A stretch of 64,000 nucleotides of DNA from Octopus bimaculoides (taxonomy: Eukaryota). The translations under genes and the position numbers were made by a program. Location: positions 87,055,285-87,119,284 of the forward strand of contig NC_068983.1 in NCBI RefSeq assembly GCF_001194135.2, written 5' to 3'. This document shows, piece by piece, positions 13,225-26,680 of the stretch. The notes under the pieces are model-generated. The model was not told the DNA's origin and searched no databases. It saw only the letters and a list, made by a program, of their open reading frames with translations. Each line of letters opens with the position of its first letter. Position 1 is the stretch's first letter.

Positions 13225-13484
13225 GTTCACAGGCATATGGCGTAGTGGTTAAGAGCGCGGGCTACTAACCCCAAGATTCCGAGTTCGATTCACCGCAGCG
13301 ACCTGATTAATAATAGTAATAATAATAAAAAAATAATAATAGTAACATCGTTAGGAATGAGAACCCAGGTTCGAAATTTCCCCAAGACACCTGATGAAGG
13401 CTGGAGGGTATATCAGCCGAAACGTTGTGTTAACAACAAACAAGATGAGGAAAAATATCCGTCAAATGTAAATAATGTAAATTC
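13225..13484 (+). mobile_element. tRNA-derived SINE with Penelope-type tail
   Basis: A box TGGCGTAGTGG (13238-13248), B box GAGTTCGATTC (13281-13291), (AAT)n linker, hammerhead core; flanked by the 14-bp direct repeat TGTATGGTTATGCA (13211-13224 and 13485-13498). Confidence 0.85.
13386..13431 (+). ncRNA. Putative minimal type I hammerhead ribozyme
   Basis: GACAC-CTGATGA-A-GGCTG(gagggtatat)CAGCC-GAAAC-GTT-GTGTT: stem I GACAC/GTGTT, conserved core CUGAUGA and GAAA, 5-bp stem II, palindromic AACGTT in place of stem III. Confidence 0.7.
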
Positions 13485-13777
13485 TGTATGGTTATGCACT
13501 TACAAAGTTTGCTTTACACCAATATGATTCCTGGTTATGTCTCAATCTGTGACCTTTGGGCAAGTATCTTCTGCTATAATATGGAAACCCATCATATATC
13601 ATCATCATCGTTTTACATCTGCTTTCCATGCTGGTATGAGTTGGATGGGTTATTGCCTCTTCCCTAGATGGGCTAGGAACTCATTTATAAGCTTCACTTT
13701 TGGCTTGGTTTTTACAGCCAGATGCTTTTTCTAATACTAACCATTCTACAGAGTATATTGGTTGCAGTCTGTCATAA

Positions 13778-14282
13778 CAGGGGTTTTCAAACTGTGGTCC
13801 GCGGACCACAGGGGGTCCGTAAGGACAAGACAGGGGGTCCGTGGACAGCAAATACTTTTTATGGGCAATCTGATTTTATATATGTTTTTTAATCGAAATC
13901 TTTTAATTGACAATAAACCTATTTGTTAAATACTGTTAAATAAATAAATGTAAAAATGTTATTTTAAGCAAATATTTATGTATAAATTTCATAAGTGTTT
14001 ATGCAATCCTCAGTTATAATGGCAGCATAGAAGTGTGATTGAGAAGAGTAGACAGTGACTGAGCATGAGCGCTAGAAGCAGAAGTGATAAAGGCAAGTAC
14101 AAGAGAGACATGAGTGATAAGGGCAGGCAAACTAGAAAGACATGAGTGACAATGGCATGATGAATAAGAGAGTGATAATGGAGGTGGCGCTGAGTGAGAG
14201 GTGTGTTAGAGGGATGAGAGGCTGTCAAGGTAAAGCCTCAAATATAAAGGGGTCCGCAAGTCAAAAAGTTTGAAAACCCAGC
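13778..14282. mobile_element. hAT-like MITE with a captured 228-bp insert
   Basis: Starts CAGGGGTTTTCAAACT; 13-bp perfect IR at 13781-13793 / 14267-14279; subterminal GGGGTCCG motifs; no clear TSD. Confidence 0.7.
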
Positions 14283-14830
14283 ACTAGAAAGGGTGTTAAA
14301 ATGTTGACAAGGTTAAAGGATCCTCACAGCCCTACACTTAACAGTGTAATGGGTGTATTTCTATTGTTGTTCCAGCACCAGAGAGGATAGGGGTGAAAGA
14401 CTGATGGATAGTAAGATGTGGATAAGTGGTGAGAGTGGATGTTAATACCAAATGGCCAGAAGGGGAGTGCAGGCAGTCCTTCAAGTAGATATTTCAATAT
14501 GATGAGAGAGATAGTGTGTTAGAGATAAAAGAGAGAAGGGCAGAAGTGTTGGAAAGAGGATCTGACAGGTCCTGTGGCATTCATGGTAAACCAGATATAC
14601 ACTGCAATCCTCAGTTATAATGGCAGCATAGAAGTGTGATTGAGAAGAGTAGACAGTGACTGAGCATGAGCGCTAGAAGCAGAAGTGATAAAGGCAAGTA
14701 CAAGAGAGACATGAGTGATAAGGGCAGGCAAACTAGAAAGACATGAGTGACAATGGCATGATGAATAAGAGAGTGATAATGGAGGTGGCGCTGAGTGAGA
14801 GGTGTGTTAGAGGGATGAGAGGCTGTCAAG
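14002..14830 (+). repeat. Exact 228-bp direct repeat (14002-14229 and 14603-14830)
   Basis: Identical by eye from TGCAATCCTCAG to GGCTGTCAAG; it also produces duplicated ORFs in the ORF track. Confidence 0.95.
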
Positions 14831-15589
14831 TTCAGAGATGTAGCTTTGACAGTTCGTATATAAACATACATACAAGCATACACATATACATACATATACC
14901 TAAAGGTACATGCCTATATATACATATCATCATCATCATCGTTTAACGTCTGCTTTCCATGCTAGCATGGGTTGGACGATTTGACTGAGGACTGGTGAAA
15001 CCGGATGGCAACATCAGGCTCCAATCTGATTTGGCAGAGTTTCTACAGCTGGATGCCCTTCCTAACGCCAACCACTCAGAGAGTGTAGTGGGTGCTTTTA
15101 CGTGTCACCCGCACGAAGGCCAGTCAGGCGATATATATATGTATACATACAAATTTTCACATCTGTTTCACCATTCCTGGATATGTTGGTGTGTTTTCTC
15201 CCACACAAAGTATAGTGCCAGTCAATGTCATCTTCTCCATGAAATGCAACAACTTAAGATCTGTCAACATTACTTTTCCCTCAGGCCCCTTCTTCAGTAA
15301 ATTGTATTTGTTTTAACTCTGTGAGCACATGTGTATGTGTGTGTGTGTGAATGTTTTCTCCATGTATTTTCACACTGACACCTTTTGAGCAAGAGTGCAT
15401 TTGTTTATGTTACTAGTATACAACACGCTCAGCAGTTTTATGTGAAGGCCAGTGGAATAAAAATACCTTACTTGTAAAATGTTGGTAACTGGAAGAGTAT
15501 CCAGTTGTAGAACTGCACTAATAAACCTCACCCAACCCATGCCAGCATGGAAAAAGTGGATGTAAATGATGATGTGATATACACATATA

Positions 15590-15807
15590 CAAAGGGGTAC
15601 TGAAAAGTTCTTGGCTTTAGGTAAAAGAAAATACAGGAGGATCAGTTAATTATGATTTTATTCAATATATTCACCTCTCAGATTCACACACTTACTGTAG
15701 CAGTCTTTCAGATTTTCTAAGCCCTGTAAAAGAACTCAGATGGTTGGGCCTTCAACCAGGCTTTTTGTGATACTCTGAAAGCCAGGAACTTTTCAGCCTC
15801 CCCCTCA
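15590..15807. mobile_element. Mariner-type MITE
   Basis: TA-flanked imperfect TIRs CAAAGGGGTACTGAAAAGTTCTTGGCTT / AAAGCCAGGAACTTTTCAGCCTCCCCCTCA. Confidence 0.7.
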
Positions 15808-16047
15808 TACACATTTCAGAAGTATGTGGTTGAGGGAACATTGCCACTGTGTGGACATTGTCAGTTGGTGCTTTGTACTATAGTAGCAGGTTGGCCAATG
15901 CCTTGTGAGGGAAGTTTTGCATGGGTTCAGTCTCACTGCATGGTATTTTTGGCAAGTGTCTTCTACTATAGCCCTGGGCCAACCAAAGCCTTGGGAGTGG
16001 ATTTGATTTGGTAGTAGAAATTTGAAAGAAGCCCATCATACACACAC

Positions 16048-16094
<47 letters not shown>

Positions 16095-18986
16095 CACACA
16101 CAAAAATGTGTGTCAAGACATTATATGATGGCTGTAAATGAGCATTGTTCATTTCCGGTCTTCTGTGAAAAATATGTTTAGTTATGGAAAATATCATCTT
16201 GCTTGGAAACAGGAGAGGGTTGGGGATGGCATTCGACTATAAAAAATCTGCCTGAATGAATTCCATTTGGCCCATGCAAGCATAGAAAAGTGAATATTAA
16301 AAGATGATATATATATATAAAGAAGAGTTTGTTTATGTGTGTGTGCATATGTTCCTTATGCATTCAAAAACTTAGTTGCTGATTTTGACATATGGGGTAT
16401 CAAAAGATTCAGTAATCTTTTGGCTACCAAATAAACTTTTCTTTTACATATTTGCATTACAAAAATTTAACATTATAATCTTTCTATAAGTCAACTATTG
16501 TAAACAACATTTTATACCATGACAATGTCACATTTCCTATACGAGTGTGTAGTGTGCTTGCATGTTCATTATGTACGTTAGGCTGATGACTGAGAAGTGT
16601 GAGTGTGTGTGAGGGTGTATGTGTCTGTCAGTATACATACATTTTTGTGATGACTGACACACATCTAAAGACAGCAACAGACACACAAAAGAACAGAGAT
16701 AGGCCCGAGGTGTGCATGAATGTGTGTCTGACTTAGTATATATATGTGACTGTATAGCCCAACATTGAAACACCAATTTTAAAAGAGTTTAGTTTAGCTG
16801 CAGCCTAAACGCTGAAGGAACAACAACATTCACTTTGAAGTATCACTGTTTGGATTTTCCATTTCATCATGGAGAGTAGCAGTTTAAACAGCATTAAAGA
16901 TTATCACTACTTATGTGCTAAAATATTATTCTGGTTTTTATAACCAACATAAAAATTTGGCTGATTTGACAGCACTCAGAAATACATCTGAAAAAAAAAA
17001 TGTTATTCTGGTTATTATAACAAATTTGGAAACTTGGCAAAGTAGAAAGCCTTAGTGGCTCTTTCAATATAATTACAGAAATGTTATTCCAGTCCTTATA
17101 ACCAGTTTGACGATAATGCTTTTTCAAGTCCTACCATCCTTATCATATTCCTGCTATGCTGCTTTAACAGTGTTAGTATTCAACGCCGCACAACATTTTT
17201 ACTACGTTATAATTTATTCTACAGCCTTACGCAGTTAAAATATATAGTAAGTGATATCAAATTAATTTATACCTTGCTACATACATCCTTCAGCAAAGGT
17301 TTTCAATTACCATAAAAACCCATGTAATTTGTGCACCTATGTAATTTACACAGGTGATTTTCTGGATAAAAATTGTTAAAAAAAGCTTCTACTCATGTGA
17401 AATTCGCACCCAAAAGTTTTCAGAATTGCCAATATGGCCAGGGAAAAGGTTTCCAATTTAGTTGTATTTAGCATAATTTTACTTACTTATGATTAGATTG
17501 TATTAAATTTTCATTAAATAAAAATGATTTCTGTTTAACAGGTATCACATTGAAAGCGATTAAATTAAGAAGTGTTTGTATTGTTTCTAATAAACTTTAT
17601 TTGACATTTCTTGCCCACAAGAGATTATGTCCAATTTTCTGTATGTCTTCTCAAATTATGATCACAGATGATAATTCTTATAAAAAAAGCTGATAAATAC
17701 GCACAAGTGTTGCAAAATAAGTTTAATTACCAATTAAACATCAGCTTGGATGACACTTTACTCAACCGAAAGAGGCAGGTGATTGATCAAACTGATTATG
17801 TAAAACAGAATTCTGATTGGTCAAAAGTGTCTTCTTGTCTCAAGCTCTGATTTTCTGCCTATTATTGTTGGAACCTTTGATACAGAGTATCGAAATTTTA
17901 ATCCCTTTCCCACTGCACCCTGTATATATATATATATCATCATCATCATCTTTTAATGCTTGTTTTCCATTTGACAAGGGCTAGCAAGCCAGAAAACTGA
18001 ATTGAGCTCTACTGTCTGCCTTGGCATGGTATTATGGCTGGATGCCCTTCCTATGCCAACCATTTTACAGGGTGTATTGGGTGTTTTCTGCATGGCACCA
18101 GCAACATCAGGGTCATGAAGTAACTTGCAAAGCAAATATATATATATATATATATATGAGTGAATGAATGAATAAAGGAAAGTAACATTCAACACATTTG
18201 GTTGGAGTTATTTATGTTTAATAACCTTGACTCAGCTCCACATAACTTAAAGCTTTGTGGGCATGTCGGACATGTCTATCTTCTCAGATATTCAAAGAAA
18301 GAGTAAGGGTTTGAAAGAAATTTAAAATGGCTTCTAGGTGTTTAGGCCTTTATTGGTCAGCTCACGTCATGTGGTATTAATGCTATTAAAAAGTAACACT
18401 AGTTATTTTCTATATTTTTAGGTCCTCGTGTTCAGACAGAATGTTGGTGTCCTTTTGAAGATGTGGCATAGTAATGTTCAGCAACACCAGCTCCTTGTAT
18501 TGGGTACCACACATGGTGAAGTAAGTTGTTGGCATGAAATAGTGGCTCAGTCACTGAACACTGGTGGCAGCAGTCTTTACATAGTACTAACCGTTATAGC
18601 TGATGTTGCATGACCAACATGGATAGCTTGTCATCTACACAGACTGCAGGAATTAGATATCCTGCCCTTGTGTGCAGGTGAGTTAGGCCTAGGGTAATAT
18701 ATCTGGGCTGTTAGCAACCAGAAGCTTGAAGTTCACAAACAGGGTGCACACACACACATCAGCATCATCATAATTGTTTAATATTCATTTTTTCTATGTT
18801 GGACAGAAGTCATTGAAGAAAGACTTGCTATGACTGAATGTCCTTTCTGTCACCAGCCCTCACTCATTCCTAAACAACTTGATAATTATCCATGGCCAGA
18901 TATGCTTCAAGAAGACACACTCACAGACTGGGAATGAACCTGAGACCACATGGTTCGGAGCAAACTTCTTATCTACACAGCCACAC

Positions 18987-19039
<53 letters not shown>

Positions 19040-20853
19040 TATATGCAACTTGCTGTAATTCCTGAATGACACACCTAATGAAAAATTACCTTCACTCGTA
19101 TAGTCACCATTCGCACAACTGATGCCTTTTTGTTAGAATCCTCTGCAAAAGATTGTGTAAGCTGTTCATTGTTTGATAAACCTTGCTTAGAAACAGGTAA
19201 GGGTTGGTGATAGGAAGGGCATCTGGTTTTACAAAAGTCTACCTTATGGACAGTGGACAGTAAACTGATGATGATAATGATGTATTATATATATCAATGA
19301 CATATAACCCGAGACTTTTGGCAATATGCCATGCTTGAGAAGATGACCCATCAAGCCGATCAAACCAAGTGAAATCATAGTCATGACAGATACTGGTGTC
19401 ATGCAACTGGCACCTGTACCAGTGGCATGTAACAGCACCCATTACATTCTTGGAGTGTTAGAAACCATGCCAAATCAGACTGGAGCTTGGTGTAGACCCT
19501 CAGCTTACTAACTCTGGTCAAACCATCCAACCCAATGGACGTTAAATGATGATGATAATGATGATATGCTTGCATGTTTATATCTGTGCAGTGAGAAGCA
19601 GTACAGTGAAACTTAAATATGCTGTAGTAACTCCCCATTACATTTTCACATTTTGTATCTTACAAGTACAATGAAATAAGTACCAGACAAAATACTGGTA
19701 CTGAAATAATCAAATAAAACAATGACTGGAAGCAGCAGAATAACTGAAAAAAGAAAAGTTATTATGTAAATGACTGATTAAAATCTGAAGCCAAAGTTAT
19801 GAATAGAAAATGAAATATCTAACTTCCAGTAACATCAACATTGAAGCTAAGCCATTTAATTACTGTCTTCAGCAGTAATAATAAGTTATTTCTATTTCAA
19901 AGATACCATCTACTTTATATTAAAGAATAAAAAGAAAGAAGAAAAGAAAAAACCTATTTGTGATGGTTAAACCTGCTTAAAATAGCAGTCAAATCTTCTA
20001 CAGATTATACCTTATGGTACCCAATAATTCAGTCAAACCCTCAACTGGTACTTTATTTTATTGACGTCAAAAGAACAAGAGGCAAAGTTGATTTCGGTAG
20101 GATTTGAATGCAAAAAGCTGGAACAAAAATACCACATGGTATTTTGTTCTATGAACCCAGGACCACACATCGAATAAGAATACCTGTTGTTGATTGGCTT
20201 CTTTTATATTCTGTAGATTTCTTTATTGATTACGCTGTGGAGGATAATGTGCGTGCTATTTTAAATAGGGAATTTATCACTGATATTATGTATTTGAATG
20301 AACATTTACTATCTTCATATAAGCATATGCATATATATATATGTGTCTTTGGTGGAAACGAACAAAAGGATTGCCCAGATGATAGCCTATTTCCCAATGA
20401 AGTTGCAATGTGCTGTAGAATATAATGTTGGTGAATACGCAATTGAAGCAGTGAGTGATCTTAGGCTGGTGATTGTTGTGGTGTTACTGATGTAAGAACA
20501 GGTGTGGATGGCTTATACATGTAATGAGCTGAGCATACTTAAAAAGTATCTGGTTGGGTGTTGCTGGCAGTTAGAGATTTTCTAACTAAAAAGATTATGG
20601 AGATTTTAACAAAAATCTTTTTTGAAGGAGAGGTGGTGTTGGAAAGATCAGGGCAACTACAAGATCAGAAAGTAAGAGGGGAAAGGATAAGTGAGTGGTG
20701 GTATAGTTGATGGCCTGGGTCTGCTGGAATGTGAGATACACAACTAATCAAAAGGTACCCACAAATGAAGAGGTTCTTCAGTTTAAGAGTAAATTGATGT
20801 TGCATAACTGGTGAAATCAGCAGAATTGAGAGAATGGAATAGTGGACCTAGAT

Positions 20854-21133
20854 CAGTGGTTCCCAAACTTTTTCAGGCTGCCACTCCCTTGGCACCTGGC
20901 CACATTCCTAGTGCCCCCCCCCCACCTCCTCATCACCACAAACATAGACCACTTTCTGCAGCAAATTCAAAACAAGTGTGCAGAAAAATAAAACTTAACC
21001 TAATTAACCTATTTTTTTTTAACACCCACTGACCCTTTTTGGTCACCCCATTATCACTCTGCTTTTCTTCAATGCCCTCCTGGATCTTTCCACAGTCTCC
21101 AGGGGGCAGTACCACCCACTTTGGGAAACACTG
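20854..21133. mobile_element. hAT (Charlie-like) MITE
   Basis: TIR CAGTGGTTCCCAAA / TTTGGGAAACACTG; 8-bp flanks ACCTAGAT / ATCTAGAG (6/8 match, NTCTAGAN-type target). Confidence 0.8.
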
Positions 21134-23027
21134 ATCTAGAGTGTCAGTTACAGTAAGACTGAATTCTAGGGCATTATGAAATGAGTTAGTAAAAAGGATG
21201 AACTATCAAGTTGCTATATGGTTAGTGTGGTGATGTTCACATAGTTATTAGTGTAACAACTTCAAACTTCTGGATTGGATTCAATGAAACAGGCAAATAC
21301 TACAATACACTATAGTGTTACATCATTACACAACATATGGACCAATGTAGAAGTCTCTTTGTGTTTTCTCAACATGCTAGAAATAACAGCTAAGACTCCT
21401 GATAATTACCCTCCTTAGAGTGGTACTGAGTTCTCTACACAAAAGACAGGATGGTCATGGATGGAATGCCTTTGAACATAGGTCTGCTCAATCAGAGAAG
21501 CTTTACAGCTAAAAACCAACAATACTACATAATACACAGTTTTATATTCATTTTTATGATGAGTGAAATGGTTTTTGTTGGAGTCATTAACATTCTACAA
21601 TTGGAGATGTTTTGATTAACACCTCACTATATAAAACGATGCAATGAATCTGTTTTATGTTACTCAAGTAAAGTTTGATAAGCAATAGTAGTAACAAGAA
21701 GGTTTGAACTCTTTTCTGTGTGGTCAGTTGTCTAATACTTCAACCTCACAGCTTCCCACAGGATAGTAAACCTAATCCATCAACCTGTTAGCATTACCAC
21801 CAGGCTATTATGTACTTTTAGTAGAGGTGACTCTGCTGACATCATTCAAACCAGATTTCCCGTCTGAGGATAACTTGATGCCTTGATGTACTGACTCCTA
21901 CAGCGGCAACTCCTGATTATGGTTCCTGCAACACTTTTCACCCTTGGAAGCCCTGCAAAAATTTATGGGAACTTCCAAGAGAGGCTTCTACACAGTCATT
22001 CAACTTCAAATTATATCCTTTAATCTTATTTAATAAGAAAAGGAATATCAAATAATACTGTCCTAGAATTTAAAAAGGCAGATGAGGTTAAAATATAGGT
22101 TTAAAATATTTATGTATGAGTATTGCTTGTTCCTCCCCAGATTAAATGACGCCATTCTACATGCACGCGCACAAACACACACACACAAAATATTTGAAAC
22201 AAATTCCTAAATGGTCGAGTAGTCTGACATACTTAATCTGAAGAATTTCTTCATCTCAATGAACAACTCAGGTTACTGTAGAAACATGAATCAAATGAAG
22301 TACAGAAGACTTCAAGCCATACGGATGAATTTAAGTCGGATTGTGCTGTTTCTGTTTTAATGTAGTCTTAAGAGAGACTGTTTTTTTTCCCTTCTATCAA
22401 ATGCACAGACACATTTGTGATTTTTGATATAGATTAGCAAAGACAAAAATAAATATTATGAAAAGGAAATTAAAAAAATAAAATCTCACAAATACACACT
22501 GATAAAAATATCACACACAGACATGTATTTATTTATCAATCCCTCTCTCTATGAATGTATGTCTGTGTGTTTGTGAGTACATCATCAGTTGTGTACATCA
22601 GGTGATGAAGGATAGCAACAAGTGGCAAAAGGCCATGCTAAATAAGATCCACCCAACCCATAGCAGAATTATAAATTGAACATGATGAATTAACGATGAT
22701 GATGACTCATAAGCATCAATATCTTATTTTGAAGTGATAACTACTATCATTAACACTACAACCACCACCATCATCAGTGACAACAAGCCAATGAGAGTAC
22801 TGACATGGTTGTTTGATCTGGTAGCAATAGTAACTAAATCTCCCTCAAATCACATCCGATAGATTTAAATATGGAGAGCAGACAGTTCTTTTGTTTGAAT
22901 TAATTATGAAAATAAAGAATTTAGTAAAATAACTCAGTCATTATTAAGCTGGGATCTGAAACAAATTAACATGGAATTTTGATGGAAGGCTTTAATTTAG
23001 ATGCTTTTAATATAGGGAGTTTGTATC

Positions 23028-23513
23028 ATGAATTCACTTTGCCAGAAATTTGGAAACGACATGCTGTACTGCTTGGCATACACACCGGAAGCTCCAATAT
23101 GAACATTTCAGAGTGTTTGGGTGTCAATCTGAGGACATGTACTGAGAGTGATAAAAATCAAACATCTAGTCAACATCATGCTGTTTGGAGTGATCACTAG
23201 TGATCATGATGTTATACCTCCATTCATCGTCCCACACAGCCTCTGACTCAACATGGAAAGCCTACATCAAGTGTCCGGAGGAGGTAGTGCTGTCCTGGGT
23301 GAAGAGGGTGGCTGCTGGAAGACTATGTCTGGCAACAGGACTCTGCACCATGCCACACAAGTAGGAGAACCCAGTCATGGCTATCAGATAATTTCTATGA
23401 CTTCAGTATTTCAAGATATTTTTATGTAATTTTGGTAAATATATCTGTAACGAGATGTCAATGTTATTTTCATTTTTGCGTAATTCAGATGACAGTTTAT
23501 TCACCGCACCCTC
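23028..23513 (+). mobile_element. Second, more deleted copy of the same maT-like element
   Basis: Near-identical peptides to 30068-30274 (FTLPEIWKRHAVLLGI...CTESDKNQTS) and the same 3' TIR GACAGTTTATTCACCGCACCC. Confidence 0.8.
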
Positions 23514-23559
23514 TGTGTTTGTTTGCATATATATATATTGATAGTATCATACATATTAC

Positions 23560-25250
23560 TTCGATATCATTATGGGTTTGTCAGATTCAACCCAGCTGAC
23601 AGACCTTGTGGGTCTGTATCTTTCAAATCAAGAAAAGCTTTCCAAACTTTTCTGGTGGGCTCTATAGGGACGATGCACTCTTGGCAGTAAATAGTTTATC
23701 TAAACTGGAGACTGAGCAAACTAAGAAGTCATTAAGAAAATTTGTCTTGAATTTCTTTAATCTCAATATTGTATTTGAAACTGACATAAAAATCACCAAC
23801 TTTTTAGACATCACACTTAATTTAAGCACTAAGTTATATTGCCCATGCAGCAAACAAAACCAGACATTAGAATATATAAATGTCTCTTCTAATCATCCGA
23901 AATTAACCATTGATAGTATTAGAATATCCAACTTATCAGCAAATGAGGAGATTTTTAAAGCACACGCACCAATTTATAATCAAACCCTAAAATTAAGCAT
24001 GTTTCATGACAATATTTTCTACATCCCTGACACCAAACTCAAAACCAGATTATCTAATTTAACACTTCACAGTAATTCTGATACGACCAAAATGATCCCC
24101 TCCTTGAATTATAAACCTATAAGAAAACCTGTTGGTAACCATATTAAATTTTATAATTGCAATGCCAATAACTGTAACAAATATAGTCCCTCTATATCTG
24201 AACACTCTGATGGTTGAACACACTCTAAATCTAGGAAAGAACAAATTATTTGGTTTGCCCCACCATTTTCTCTCAGAGTCAAAAATCTACCAAAACAGTT
24301 CTTCAAAATTCTTAAACTAAATTTCCCCAAGCACCATAAATACTACCCTAATTCAATAAGCATTCTATAAAATTATCTTACTAGACTACACCTAATTTGG
24401 GTTCAATCATTGCATCTACAAACAGAAATATAATTCAACTCCAAACAGCTAAAAGTGTAGATCATTATAGGACACCCCATACAAGTCCAAATAATATTAA
24501 TAAAACAAAAATTATAGATAGGAATGCAAAAGCATGTAATTGTAGGGCCCCTGAATTATGTCCGCTTGTGGATTTATGTCTATGCAAAAAGGTAATCTAT
24601 AAATGTAGTGACAAACGATAAACATCAAGCTAGGGTAAACATAGGAATCACTAAAGACTTCAAAAAACGATATAGAATACATGTAAATTCCTTTAATAAG
24701 TCAAAGCATAGAAATTCTATGGTGTTAGCCAGGTACATACACAATTTAAAATTATAGAACATAAATTATACATTGTCTTGGTCAATCATAGATGAGGCCC
24801 CATCATACAAATACGATTACTGGCAGATGTCGATTGTGTATAAAAGAATCATACATTATCCTTCACATGTTTAATTCCACTGTTTTATTCATTCCTGCAT
24901 CTATAGATACTATTCAACTTTCATGAGATGATTCAAATTTGAACCCACTTAGCAATATTTTCTATTGCACAACAATATATTGCCAATACAAATATAAATT
25001 TTAAGAAAGTCAGTAAACGATCTAATTTTTTTCCTATCAGCCCTCAAAAATTTCCATAATTTACATAGCTTTGTCTACTCTTCTATAAAGCATCAAATCA
25101 TCTTATACCTAGTAAGGGACAAAATCCAAATCTAGTGTAAAACTATTTTTCCCTGATGATGGCGGCATTCTATGGAAATGAATCTTAAGATTCATATGTA
25201 ATCTGCATGAATGTACTCCTGAAACAATCATTGGAACATCTTATTTTCCT
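23560..25250 (+). mobile_element. Decayed Penelope-like element (RT + GIY-YIG endonuclease)
   Basis: LYRDDALL (RT active site), NFLDITLNL, YINVSSNHP, IIWFxPPFS-like segment, CNCRAPELCPL, then VIYKC...NIGITKDFKKRYRIH (GIY-YIG). Frameshifted. CTGATGA...GAAA relic at 25153-25178. Confidence 0.85.
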
Positions 25251-26680
25251 CTAACATGTTACCCAAAACTCTTTTAATGCCTATTACTGTATGTATGTGT
25301 GCGTGTGTATGCATTTATGCATGTATGTATGTGTTTATGTATGAATGTATGTATGTATGCATGTTTGTTTACATACAGATAGTGAGCAAAATGAGACAGC
25401 AGAATAATTTCTCTCATAGTAATGAAAGATGAACCATACAAAAGATTTTTATTTTACTGAGCTGAACACTAAATATGTTATGTGTGAAGAAATACATATC
25501 ATAATCATCATCCTTCAACATCCAGTTTCCATGTTAGCATGTGTTGGACTATATATATATAAATAAATATAAAATGTGTGTGTGTGTACATATATTGTTT
25601 TAACATCCATTTTGCCATGGTCACAAAGCCTCACGTGATCCCCATGTAAGGTAATATTTTTCTAAGACAAGACATGTTTTCATTGACTTGGAATGAAGGA
25701 CACCACTTGCATGGCAATAACATTCATTTACAACTATCAAGCAAAGAGACAGTAAAATACACAACACCAGAGCATGCATCCATACATATTATGGGCTCTG
25801 AAATCCACTTTGGTCAGACTAGATTTATAGAAGACAAAGTGTCATGCACTGGAACTGAACCTGAAACCATGCAGTTGGGAAGCAAAAGTCTCACTACATA
25901 GCCATGTCTGTGTCAATATTTATATATAAAATAAACAAAAATTCAATCTAAGTAATAACAAACAAGCCTCAAAAGTGTGTAAAAATGCCATCAGAAAATG
26001 AATTCAAAAACCTCAATTATAATAAAACATCAGAACATAAAAAGTATAAAAACATAAAATTTAGCAATAAATGACAACATGTGTCATAATAAAAAAGCAA
26101 ACTCAGAAAATTAAATAAGTGTAAGTTGGTCAAATAAAAAAAAATTGTTTACATAATTATAATAGGTATAATGAATTTTTAATTCGGTAATGACAGAATT
26201 GTCATTATCATAGATGTAATGGTACAGTAGTTACTGTTACAATGTAGAATTATAGCCACTAGTGGTATAATGACTTTTTATTCAGTAATAACATAGTTAC
26301 CATTACAATAAGTGAATGAATTTTTACCTATTAATAAAGCCTTAATGAATTTAAAAATTGATGCTTATGACTGTTATCAAATATTTCATCAGCCAAAATG
26401 AAAGAGTTCCATATCTCTATGATACAGTTAGAAACGAGAACAAGAGTTGGTATATAAGAATGGACATATTAATCTTTGTATCTGTGAATATGCTGTAGGT
26501 GCAGACATAGTTAAGTTGGTGCATAAATGCTCAATTATTTATAATGTATCCTGTTTCCTGATTGAAATCTAAGCGTTATTTATAAGCAAGACTGTGGAAT
26601 AGGAAAACAATTATTGGATTACTGGAGTTGGAGTCAGTGAAAATGTACCAACTCTAATTAAATGTAAATTGTTTTTTAAA

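Noticed and set aside
13232-13300. tRNA gene
   Set aside because: It has A and B boxes but no clean acceptor stem or anticodon arm, and it is embedded in a TSD-flanked insertion, so it is a SINE head.
14002-14830. CRISPR-like array or duplicated small gene (ORFs 14010-14228 and 14611-14895)
   Set aside because: There are only two long repeats with no spacer structure, and the ORFs are by-products of the duplication in low-complexity sequence.
16930-16990. Minus-strand VFLSAVKSAKFLCW as CFAP410 exon 1
   Set aside because: Poor match to the family and a weak donor; the segment at 32942-33096 aligns much better and has an ATG.
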